DNA of 64,000 nucleotides from Owenia fusiformis (Eukaryota): NCBI GenBank assembly GCA_903813345.2, contig CAIIXF020000001.1, positions 42,098,001 to 42,162,000 of the forward strand, read 5' to 3'. Shown piece by piece: positions 10,684 to 22,300 of this stretch (position 1 is its first letter; each line of letters starts with the position of its first letter). The notes under the pieces were generated by a model. It saw only the letters and a program-made list of their open reading frames with translations, ran no database searches and was not told where the DNA came from. The position numbers and the translations under genes were made by a program.

Positions 10684-13600
10684 TCACATACTGTACGAAC
10701 TCTTTGGTGAGTAGGCGTTCTCATTTGTTTGTCTATTGGAATAATATCTCTTCATCAAGGACTGATGGAGCTTCACATTATCTTCATAATCCAAAATCTC
10801 AGGAACAAAGGATTTTTTGTTTGAAACCATCGTGTCGCCAAACCCCTTTCTTTCGATTCCTTTGTTTCTTCGTTCAAAAAAAGATGCGTCATATTTTGGT
10901 AGTTCTCGACCCCCTCCTCCTATCACTCGCCTGCCAAATGAGTTTCTTTCTTTGTTGAGTATAGCATTGTTCGTTGAATCTCTGCGCTCATTACCGTGGC
11001 CATCTACGTTGATGATTGTCTGGATAACACCATTATCCCCAATACTGCTGGTCTTGGCATTCTCCATTCGGATTGGAGTTGTTGCAGCGGTTGTGGTGCT
11101 GTGAGTTTCTACACCACCATCAGTGCTTTTCTGCGACAACGTTGAAAATGTTGATGTTTTGCGGTCTCGAACACCCGGCAGTGGACAGTCTGGATCATCT
11201 AAGCATTCCTTCCAGACTCTACGTTCAAACTTTCTTCGGTAGTCTACGATATCTGCTTCCAGACACGTCTGTTCCGAGCAACAGTTATTGAAGGAAAGTG
11301 GTCGGTAACACTTAAATCCTATAATTGTATAAAATTAAGCTATTTGTAACTACTATGTCTTTTAATTCAGATCATTAATTTTCTAGCTTTAAATTTCTTC
11401 CATATGAGTAATACAGAATGCACATGCACCGCTCACATATAGACTTGTGTACATAAATTATTCAAGGATTTAAGCTCTGGTGTTGTTTCAAAATCTTTGA
11501 ATGACTGCGCAGCGGGAAAGTAAAGTCTAGGAAACAACGCCTGGATGGAATGATGCAGCCACGATGCACTGAGTCTTGGGCTTAAATTTTTTTCACCCAT
11601 TGCATTTAATTTTGTAAGAAATCGCCTAAAAGATATAAAATCACAAAAGACATATTGTCAATAAAACTTTTTGTTCAGGTTGACAAAGTATCAATTTCAA
11701 TCTGGAGAGACAAGTTATCACCTATGACAACCGTTTAACAAGTGACTTTGAATGCGGTCATTGGTGATATAATATACTGCAGTTATATGAAATGCTGTCG
11801 GTTAGGATTGAATGGAATCGGATACAAATGCCTAGCGATGTGTGAATTCACTTCAACTAACATTCCATTTTTACTCATTAACTCATTTTTAATTGTATAT
11901 TTTGATACAACATGTCCGCCACTGTGAAACTTTTTGGACAACGGTGAAAAATATGTTTTAAAATATCTTTTTGTGAATAACTTTGAAAAAATGGAAATTT
12001 AGGCAAGTCTGCGTTCTCTATTTTGACACCTGCTTTTTGTTTAACGACATTGTCAGGAGTAATTGATGGAGAACTAATGATGGAACATTGTGACATTGTT
12101 AATGAAAAGTTAATGAATGACGCGCAACCTATGGTTATTCATTATGATGAGATTACCATGTTAAAGAAATGTCTCGACCCGACAATGTCATCAATGCGGA
12201 TAAGATACTCATAATGGACGTAAAGCGTTTTTAGACAGAACGTTTACGTGGACGTGTAGAATTAGGGTCCTCTGGGGATTATAAGTTCTCCATTTCATAG
12301 TACTCATTCACTTGCATGATTGAGCTGCTTAATTCAAATGTGAGGAAAATAGTTGAAATCAGGTTCCTAAAAAGATGGGATTCATTGTAATCCCTGAGTG
12401 CCATGATATCACACGTTCACGTAGCACTGATATTATGGAGGTTAAGCAAAACGTTTTTAAGAGAACCTTTACACAAGCGTGTAATATTTCGACCCCTTGG
12501 GAATACTCTCACGCTCTCAATTCACTTTTCCAGGGAGCTAATTACAATTATTTCCCGTTTATCTCTATACTCATTCGGCCAAGTAAACGTGCAAATGGGA
12601 GAACTAATCCACAGGGACCATACTTCTACACGTTCATGTACAAGGTTTAAAAAAACGTGAAACTTAAACACCCTAGCCTATTCCTCATCGCAGGGGAGAT
12701 TGGTTTATGATGGGATAATAAACGATCGAACTGTAAGACTGTAAGATGTGTAATTATTACGTCAATGTGCACGGTGTATAAACTGTATATAGTTACCTGG
12801 CATACAGCCGCAGTTGCTGTCACATATTTCCCCTTTCTGGGCAAGTTTTCTCGAACATACTCCTTGTTTAAGCTCATCTCCTGCAAGTAGATGCAAGAAA
12901 GCCTAGTCAAGACTTTGGAGGGGAGGTATCTGGGGGAGTCACAGTTACAAGGGCTTGATGCAAGGCAACAAGACAAAAGACAAAATGAATACCACAGGAT
13001 TTAAGCACTGGACTCGGTGCATTGTGTGCTGAATCATTCCATTGGAGGTGCTGTTTCCAAATCTTTGAATGACCACGCAGCGGGAATTCAAAGTTCAGGA
13101 AACAACGTTCTCGTGGAATGAAGCAGCCACAATACATTGAGTAATGGATTTAAATTCTTTTCACACATTGGAAATCATTTTTTACGAAGTCACACAAAAG
13201 ATACAAAATCACCAAAAGAACATATTTTGAAATCTGGAGAGTCAAGTGTCACCTTGACAACTGTTTAACAAGTGATCTTGAATGCGATGATTGGTGATAT
13301 AATGCACTGCAGTTATATGAAATACTGTGTTCGGGTTGGCTGGAATCGGACACACATTGCCTAGCTATATGAGAATTCGTCACTACTGATCTCTCATTGG
13401 ACTGAATAACGCATTTTATGTCATTAACTTAGCTTGGTATTCATGGTGAGTACCGGTGTGAAAGAAATGATGGTCCCCCAGGGATTATGGTTCCCTTTCT
13501 TAACGGCCCTTACTGGCCCTGATTGCGTATAAGATAATGAGGGAAAGTGTTGTATTTAGGTCACCATATAAATCAATGGAGAGTAGGACCATAATTTGAT

Positions 13601-16600
13601 AGGACCTCCTACCCTTTTACACCTGTGTCAACGTATCTATAGTCCGTCAGTAAATATAGTCCGGGGTTGTGCTGTATACCAATCCAGAAATATGGTCCGG
13701 TTAGGACCACACACCCTAGGACACCAGGTCCGGAGGATTGAAGATGACTTGGTACCAAGGCAAATTCTAAAACTCCGGATTTTCTAGTAATGACGTCCGT
13801 ACTGGCGGTTTTAAATGATTAATCGTTGGCATGTGTTCCCTCTTTCTAAACGTGACTGGGCGTTCATTTGAAAAATACCATTATCCCGTTTGTTTAGTCT
13901 GTCAAACGTCACTTGGTGATTTATCAAACGTTTCAGCGTTTTGCAAGAACAATAATTGTTAGCAACATTGTGATTTTTACTGCACCAAACTATTTTTAAC
14001 AATAAATAGTGGTAGGTAAACATGATTTATAAAAACAAAACCATTATGTAGCTAATGCAAAAAATAACAATTGATGAGCGTCAAAAATCTGTGAAATTGA
14101 TCGGTTGTTTAGTTGCTTGTTGTTTGTTTGTTTGTTTGCTTGTTTGTTTGTTTGTTTGTTTGAACTGCAAACACTCGCCGGGTCTGATCGCTGATCGTAC
14201 CTCTAAATGAACGCCCATGGGTGAAATAACGAAGGATCACCATTACTAGAATTCAAATCCTGAAATCAGTATTATTACACAAAATTGTGATCAGCCATTT
14301 GCCATTACTCCTCCCATATGTTGATCGCTTTGAAAGTCATAGCATTTTGTTTATATTTGAGTATCCATACCTGGGATGACCCATGATCTTACTCCAAAAC
14401 CATATGGATCGAAAGATAGAGTTTTGCCAGTCGGGTCTCTACAGCACATGTTTAGGCCACAGGACCATGATGTTTTGCAACTACGTCCGTCCCTTTCGAC
14501 GGCTTCCGTAGACAAAGTGCCCTGTAATTAAAATTGGTCAATTTATGAAAAATTAATCTTGCTAAAAGAAAACACTATCAAGGGTCCATACCTAAGCCCA
14601 GACTGTCTTGATTTCCATGGTCTGTACTTTCTAAAATCTGGACGTTTCATTTTCATTTGTTGTTCAAGGCAATCACTGCAGAAATGTATTTTGTGTCAAA
14701 ATTGCATTCGTAGAAGAAGTTCCCCACACCTAATTTTGGTATTTCGCTCCAACAAGGTTGTTCTTCATGTTCTTTTTAATGCTTTATTCATAAGATTAAA
14801 CTCTTACCATTCAAGATTAAACTCTTACCATTCAAACACCATCTTCAATGGTGAAATCATTTTTTCACTTTATGAGGTGGTTTTTGCTATTTGTATTCAA
14901 ATATTAAGTACTGTATATTTTGTGAGATGCCTTTTTATTTGAAGTCAAATTAAACAGGACAATGCAATAAAAAATATTCTTTAAGATGCTGAACACCTAT
15001 AAAGATGGAAAAGATTATGTTGCAAAATCCTTGGGGGATGGAGGGGTTACAATACGATAGCATAAATGGTATAAATCTAATGTCACCATTATTGGATTCG
15101 GTTGCGTGATTCATTTGAAATATCTTATAGTGAAGATACAAGGGGTAATATCAATATATCGATTAACGGAATTAAAGTAATTACCTAAGAAGGGTGGGGG
15201 TTATAACAGGTCAACTTTCGTTTGTTCAAATAAGTCGATTTCAACAAAATCCGGGGTTGTGTTTATGTGCCAGACAATACTCCCACGATATATAATGAAT
15301 ATAACAATGGCCAGGAAATGATTCAATTTATTGAAGCAACAAATGCAGTGTGGACAGGGTATATCCTCCATACTATATACTGTACACGACGAGGAGAGCA
15401 AGGTACATACAAGAGCAAAAATACCATACTGTATACTGTATATTTAAACCTAATTCGAACATGACTGTATTCACGCCTTCTATAAACTATTAAACTGTGA
15501 ACAAAGTCAACATTTCACACGTCACACATTACTTTTATTACCAGGGGCATTGTTCGCGAATATACCCCGGGTGAAATGTTGACTTTGTTTACAGATTATA
15601 GAAGGCGTGAATACAGTCATGTTCGGATTCTTAAAGGCAGAATCAGATCTATAGGGGGTGACAAAATTACAAGCAACATGTATTATTGACCTACCAATCT
15701 ATTCCTTACAATATCAAATACAATATCTCCCAAAAGACTCACAATATGTAATAAATTGGTGAAGTTATTAATGATTCAAAGTGCAAAAATGGGTGAACAA
15801 TGTTTAAATTGTCCCAAATAATAAGAATGGTAACCATTCTAATAGAAAAATAATACATTATTGTAAAAATCTTTGGTTTTCCTGGAATAAAGTATGCACT
15901 TTTGTGATTTTTAGAAAATAGACATGACAAGGAATGACATGAGCCAAACATATTCTAAAATTGAAACAATTTTTCGTTTAGCCTGCTTGCTATCTCTGAT
16001 TCTCTCTTTAATGACGCAAATCATTTCACTTTCAGTCTCGGTTTGGGGGAAGGTGTTATCCAAAACAATAATTCATAATTGCTTTCGTTTCTCATCGTAA
16101 ATCGTATTACCTAATGTACTCCCGACAGAAAACTAATGTCTTCCTTCGTATTAAGCCATGGCATTCGGAGACATACGCACTATCTTAACCAGTAATGAAA
16201 CCCATTTTGCAAGCTTGCATCATAATTAGTTTAAATAATGATGTAAAGTTGATAAAAAATGAGCAGAGTGCTTTTAAAAATCAAGGTCCTGCTAACGGTA
16301 TGATTGGATTTGTTCTAATTTATATAGATTGGAATATCTATGATACATATAGGCCAGGAAACGATATTTTACTGAAAAATTTGAATTTGATTTTACTTCC
16401 TACGGACGAATTGATAAAATGGTAATAAATATCACTACTCATGATCATTAAATGTGTAAAAGAATATGAAAACTGAAAGTAACAAAATGTCGTTATTTTG
16501 TGATGCTCAACAATAACAATACCATATTAATCAGGGCAAATTGGCGCAAATCCAAAATGTTACAAAAGTATTCAGACTAGGTGACCATCTCATAGGCGTA

Positions 16601-17485
16601 GCCAGGGGGGGGGGGGGGGGGGTGCGATGGGTGCGATTGCATAACCAACAAAAATAAAACCATGAGAAAGAGGAAGAAAAGAGCTTTAAAATGCTTTTTA
16701 TTTGAAGCTTCTAGCTCAATTTTGTGGGAAGTTGCATCAATTTTTGTAAAATTAAAAAAAATCTTATTTTTTGGCTTGTTTATGTCACAATCGCACCCCC
16801 TTGACTGAAAACACAAACTTTTTGGCGATCGCACCCCCCCCCCCGACTGAAAGCTGGCTACGCCCCTGCATCTAAAGGGTTGATAGATGTAATTCTCGTT
16901 CTAAATATCTATTAGATTTATTTCATAATGATATGTTACTTATATGGGATAGTGTCGAATTATTAACAGTCGTGGAAAAACGAAGATAATTTCCTTATTG
17001 TTTGACACCCGCTCATCCCCTCATCTAACGACATTTTAAAATGTTGATCATTTGTCTTCCACTTGGATATCTTAACAATATTAATACTATTCACTAACGA
17101 TACCAGCATTCGCCCCCTCCCCTGGTGAAACTAATCATTATTTCAGACCATTGATGATTAGACACCATTCTTTACAAATCAATAGAACTGGACACGAACC
17201 ATTTTTGTGTAATTATGAAGCTTGAAAAAACGTTCATGTGACTGGGTGCTTTATTGTGTACAAGGTAAGATTTTTTTGTCCAAGTGTATTGTTTGTATTA
17301 AAACAATTAACGTTTTTTTAAATGAGGATTACTGCTATTAGCCATGAGTCTGCCAAAATGATAGACGCCAACAACTTACCATCGAACATAAGTTAAATGC
17401 GCAAGATACTCACCTTTATAGAAAATAAAATATCCAAGAAAATAAAAAGCAGATTCAACCTAATGTTATTTTTACTGACAGCCAT
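10684..17485 (-). CDS. Secreted cysteine-rich prokineticin/astakine-like (colipase-fold-like) precursor with long dibasic-site-rich C-terminal tail, 313 aa, 4 exons
   Basis: Exons (minus): 17485-17414 (gcaccATGG; MAVSKNNIRLNLLFIFLDILFSIK; donor gtgagt), 14521-14371 (donor gtatgg), 12880-12797 (donor gtaact), 11318-10684 (stop TGA). All introns GT-AG with compatible phases (0,1,1); 942 nt, open throughout. Core: SCKTSWSCGLNMCCRD...GVCSRKLAQKGEICDSNCGCMPGFKCYRPLSFNNCCSEQTC...KECLDDPDCP. Gene structure is well supported; family name is inferred from Cys spacing. Confidence 0.85.
11465..11848 (+). repeat. Dispersed repeat family, copy B (intron 3 of the prokineticin-like gene)
   Basis: Shares aggatttaagc...aaatctttgaatgac..cgcagcgggaa...ttggtgatataat..actgcagttatatgaaat...ggaatcgga..gcctagc with copy C. 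Confidence 0.75.
12997..13377 (+). repeat. Dispersed repeat family, copy C (intron 2 of the prokineticin-like gene)
   Basis: Collinear with copy B; reverse complement of copy A. Confidence 0.75.
14118..14162. repeat. (TTTG)n microsatellite
   Basis: Direct reading. Confidence 0.9.
15452..15629. repeat. Palindromic hairpin element
   Basis: cgaacatgactgtattcacgccttctataa / ttatagaaggcgtgaatacagtcatgttcg, and acaaagtcaacatttcac / gtgaaatgttgactttgt. Confidence 0.75.
15635..16007. mobile_element. TTAA-flanked non-autonomous element with AG...CT ends (Kolobok-like)
   Basis: ttaa|aggcagaatcaga ... tctgattctctct|ttaa. Confidence 0.5.
16591..16868. mobile_element. G-tract MITE, CA...TG ends, 5-bp TSD CATCT (hAT5-like)
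   Basis: catct|cataggcgtagccag(G)n ... (C)n...ctggctacgcccctg|catct. Confidence 0.8.
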
Positions 17486-17887
17486 GGTGCGAAGAAAGTA
17501 TCTGTACATTTGGTCGTTAAAGCAATTATGTATGTGCTGTCTTCAAAATTTATCAAATTAGTTTTTTTGAAAGCATTATTTAGTTTATGGGTGACACACG
17601 TGTTACAAGCACCGAATAGTCCCCAGGACAGAGGCATCGCGCGCTGGCATCTTATGTGCTCTGACATTATGATTTCTGTAAACCAATGATATAAATCGTT
17701 AATAATCCAGGCAATATATGTATTTTAGTGATTTAAATGTAAACTAGAATATATTTACAAAGATGACAAACATATTAATTATATTAGAATATCATCAAGA
17801 AAAGCATAGATTTTTTCGATTTATTAGTGTCATTAAATAGTTTCATCATACTATACTGCACCTCTGCCCAAGCTACTATTACATTAT

Positions 17888-17960
17888 TTGACGGTCTGCG
17901 TATTAAAAATGTGACAAATGTAGATTGACGGTCTGCGTATTAAAAATGTGACAAATGTAG
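17888..17960. repeat. Tandem duplication, 37 bp x2
   Basis: ttgacggtctgcgtattaaaaatgtgacaaatgtag twice. Confidence 0.85.
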
Positions 17961-18794
17961 CATAGACGGCAACAGGTGAGCTGTCTCTCAGAGATACCTC
18001 ACTAATTTTATATCAGAAGAATATTATACTTTGTGAACAATCAAAGATCTATAAATCAAACACAAAGGCAATATTGTTTTTTTTGTTATTTTTAGAACGT
18101 ATCAGGAAGGTTTACAACCTTTCTAAATTAAACCTAAAAAATCTAAATACCAATTTCGAGGAGTTGTCAATAAACGTGATGCAGTGTGATCTTTAATGAT
18201 TCTAGGATGAATGGATTTGTGTTAAAACGTTTCTGAGGTTTTGACGCAAGTGTAGTTCCTGCCATAGGAGAAGAATTGTATCATTTTATGTCTCATCATT
18301 GGATGATGGCATATAAATGAAATAATATATAGCCTATTGATGGCCGTGATGAATTTTTCTTCGAGAAAATATGATATTGGCCTCGGAAAATCTATCACCG
18401 ACACCGTTGGTCAATAGTGATATTTTCCTCGGCCAATATCATATTTTGCCTCGGACTAACATTCATACTTCCACCCCTCCAGTTAATTAGATCTCTAGAT
18501 ATTTATTATAAAATATAGGCCTATACAAAATATGCAACATATCACAATCTAAGACACTACACGTGCTCATGCAATGTATATGTAATCAATGTGCAATAAC
18601 ATATCAGGGGCTTTCAAGTTTCAACTACATCTAAGACACTGCAATGGCATATAAAAGAAGTATCATGTGCTAGAAAAAAGAATCCTGTAAATAGAAGAAT
18701 GTAAGAGTTATGCAATAAATTAAAGCTACAGTAAACATGATTAAATAGAATACTACTGAATTATTAATGATTACGTACTGATGACAACCGTTTC

Positions 18795-19070
18795 CAGGGG
18801 CGGAACTGGGAACCAAGGCAACAGGGGCGGGGGGGGGGGGGAAATTTCAGGTCAGAGAAAAAACTTCCGCGCTTGCGCTGAAAAAATTGTGTGCCCTTAA
18901 AACCCCAAAGTGGGTCCAAATTTTGAGGCCCATTTTCTTAAAACTTGGGCCTCAAAAGGCCTAAATGGCCCAGCAATGACCAAAAAGCCCACTTTTCAGG
19001 GCCTGGCCTTTTTGGCCCAAAATTTTATCAAGGCCCAATTTTTTTCTGGGCCAACCCAAATCCGCCAGTG
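18795..19070. mobile_element. G-tract MITE, CA...TG ends, 5-bp TSD GTTTC (hAT5-like), about 310 bp upstream of the PPT1 ATG
   Basis: gtttc|caggggcggaactggg ... cccaaatccgccagtg|gtttc. Confidence 0.75.
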
Positions 19071-19365
19071 GTTTCATAGTTGATAAAAATAATAGAAATA
19101 TTATCTAAATCAAAATTGTCTTGATCGCCCACAAGTTGCCAAACTTGCGGTGAAGTGATCAGCATTGGCAATAATGGTAATGGACAGGAGTCCATATCAG
19201 ATCCGATCAGGGCCTGGTTTCTTATATGATAGATGTATAGAAAAGGGCAAAGTGCGTTCGGAAACAGAAAAGTCTCAATTACTAAAGAAATGCATGACCA
19301 GTTTATATGTTCATTTAGTGCACCACTATATCCGCAAAGTTATCCGCGATTTACACCTTATCAAA

Positions 19366-19374
19366 TCATGTGAC
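19366..19374 (+). promoter_or_regulatory. Candidate MiT/TFE (CLEAR/M-box-like) E-box TCATGTGAC
   Basis: Located 8 nt before the first ATG of the lysosomal hydrolase PPT1; resembles CLEAR (GTCACGTGAC) and contains the M-box core TCATGTG. Confidence 0.4.
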
Positions 19375-19382
19375 TGTACAAA

Positions 19383-22300
19383 ATGGCGAACAAAATAGAA
19401 ATGTTTTCCTTGTTTTGTGTTATATTTACAGTTGTTCCAGTCGTGTTTGGGACAAAAGGCTCAAATGCAACATTGCCCGTGGTTATTTGGCATGGCATGG
19501 GTATGTATGGTTCTTAATATTTCACTTTGTGCGCGGTAGATAAATCGAAGACACAGTATATCGTTATTTATTTCATGGGCTCTATCAGAGCCCATGTTTA
19601 TTTTTTCCCGATCCCACACAGGAACTTGTATGGCACATGATATGAGATGCTTATGTCAGACATCTCATATAGTGTTACACGTTCCTGTGCGATCCCAGGC
19701 ACGGATTGCAGTCATCATAATCTGCGAAGGATAGGCCTACAGTATAGTCGGAGACATACAGTTGGGGACATAAATAAATGACAGGTGGATTTGCTGAAGT
19801 GAGGATTTCCCATGTTAAAAATAAGAGAATTTACAAGAGGCCATACATCAGTGGATGAGATTATACAAAATGTAAAATATACAAATTTTAAGGGATATGT
19901 ATCTAGACAATATTGGAAATTATGGGCTTTCAGACCACCATAATTAGGAAATGGTGATCGAAAATCGACCTGTCATTTATTTTTGTCCCCAACTGTAATA
20001 GACGCCAACAATCAAAAGTTTTCACAATGAGCTAAATTCTAAGTTTCATGTCGGAAACTCTCCCAAGCGGTAGAAAAATAATTCCCGTTCACTTTAAGCA
20101 GCACATTAAATGAATCCAAAGCTTCATACATGTACCTGTAAATGATGGATAAATTCCTACCAAATCGAACAAATGTTTTCATGAATCACCATGTTTGTGA
20201 TCCAAGGAGGATTGACTCCCAGAATGCAACATCAGTTAACATTATTTACTCGTGACAGGTTTCAAAATGGAGGAATGGCATTTTGAAAGCTGGCATGTGT
20301 CATGTTGCATGCGGTGTAATCAGGCTCCAAAATCACCTCTACATTTGAAGAGTCAGCATTAACATTTAACTGAATATCACTTCAAATTTTTAAGTTCCTA
20401 TTTGTCATTATGGACACAAATTCCACTATATTTGTACGTTCCGGGATGGAGAAAATAGAGCACTCAATTCACTGAGGTAAGAATTTATGACAGAATGTCT
20501 TTTTCATAGTGATTGTCATTATTTATGTTCACCACTTTATTAGTATTATCAACAAGCCTTATTAGGATTGGCAATCTCCCGCTTAAGAACGAGACTAGGT
20601 CACATGATCTTGTGCCAGATCCATTACATTCTTTTTACATTTAATCACGGGGTACCATCGAATAATTTTGGCAACGTACCGGAGAACGACATTTTACTAA
20701 GAAATGGCAATAATTTAAAAAATAAAATATATGATTTAAAGCATATATATTAATAAATACGCATTCAAACAATCCCGTATGTTTTTAAATTAGTGTGCTT
20801 TAAATCATATATTTTAATTTTTTTGAATAAATAATTCAACTGATCTGCTCCGGTTACGTTCCCAGCTCCGGTTACGTTCCTAAGTAATATTTTTAAAACT
20901 TTTTTTTTAATTAAACAAATCAGAGTCGTGTGAATCAGAAATAACAGAATTATTCAAAAGTATAAGGACTATTCTGTACTTTTTTCAAAAGTCTATACTT
21001 AAAGCAGATATGAAATGGTATTTTTAAGCTAAAGGAATCAATACAATTTTTTGATAGATGTATTTGGACATGTTTTCTAATCAGTAGTGTGAAAACTATT
21101 TCACTCTAACGAGCGTTATAGCTGCTTAATAAGCAATATCCGAATTGGTTGTGACGTTATTGGCCCCCACGTGATCTCTCACTGGCCCCCACGTGGACCG
21201 TTTTGGTCCATTAGATCATGACGTCATAATGCCAAAATGTTTTGTTATTTGTTTACACAACAATCCTATGGTTGCCGTGACGTTGTGATTACTATGGAAC
21301 CAATAAACCAAAGCTATAATTTGTATATGACGTTACTAATCACGTGGGGGCCAATTTGATTTATCAGTTAGTTTTATTTCGTTATCTATGACCGTTAGCA
21401 GTTATCTAACATTTATTTTATAATGGCTATCGCAAGAACTCTATGGGGGGCTTACAATAGAGAAAACCACATTTTTGTAGCTGCAGGTTGAGAAAAGCTA
21501 TTTCAGTTGTCCTTTAAATGTTGTGAAAAGTTATAATCGAAAAACCATCTTTCAGAGTAAAGTCAGTCTGCGCCGATTTCAATAACTTCGTACTTGATCA
21601 GAACTGGGTTCCAACAGAATTCCTACAAACTCATGAATGAAATAGTTATTGCATGGAATACTTACTTTTGTCAAAATCAAAATAGAACTCTAGTTAAAAA
21701 ATATATTGTGCTAAATTATTGCCATTTCTTAGTAAAATGTCGTTCTCCGGTACGTTGCCAAAATTATTCGATGGTACCCCATGTTAATACATTTACATTT
21801 ATACCTAATTATCACCATGGGCATTCAACTATTGAAAGCCAATATTTCATATCTACAGAGATTAAGAAGCATCTAAGAAACGTAAAATTAGATGAATAAC
21901 TGAGTTAATAGTGATAAATAGTCCAACGAGAGTCGGTGGTCTTGAAATAGACTTGAATCTTGTATCCTATCCTGTTGCTTGTTGATACTATCCGCAGAGT
22001 GATACTCCAATCTATGATCTGAGGAGTCTTCACTCTTCAGTCGATTTATTGTCACGCAAAAAGTGAAATAGTCATCCCTTATATGTTGCTAAGTTTATAT
22101 AACCAATCAACTAACTTGTGCAATGTTACTGCGTTGCTGAAGATGTTCAACAGGGGTTTCATTAGAATTTCTCACAACAGGCTAAATTGTTTAGTAAACT
22201 GAATGAAAACAACAAGCAAAATTATGGAAATCATAAATTAATAGTGACATGGAAAGGTCCCTAAAAACATCATGTGATTTTGTGAAAACAACTGGTGAAA

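Noticed and set aside
10684..11139. ORF-track 151-aa protein as a stand-alone gene
   Set aside because: Its start is a TTG inside a larger exon; the frame stays open to the acceptor at 11318 and is the last exon of the 4-exon gene.
14388..14393. Alternative donor gtaaga inside precursor exon 2
   Set aside because: It is phase 0, shifts the downstream frame, loses the Cys pattern and stops early in the last exon; the donor after 14371 keeps the frame.
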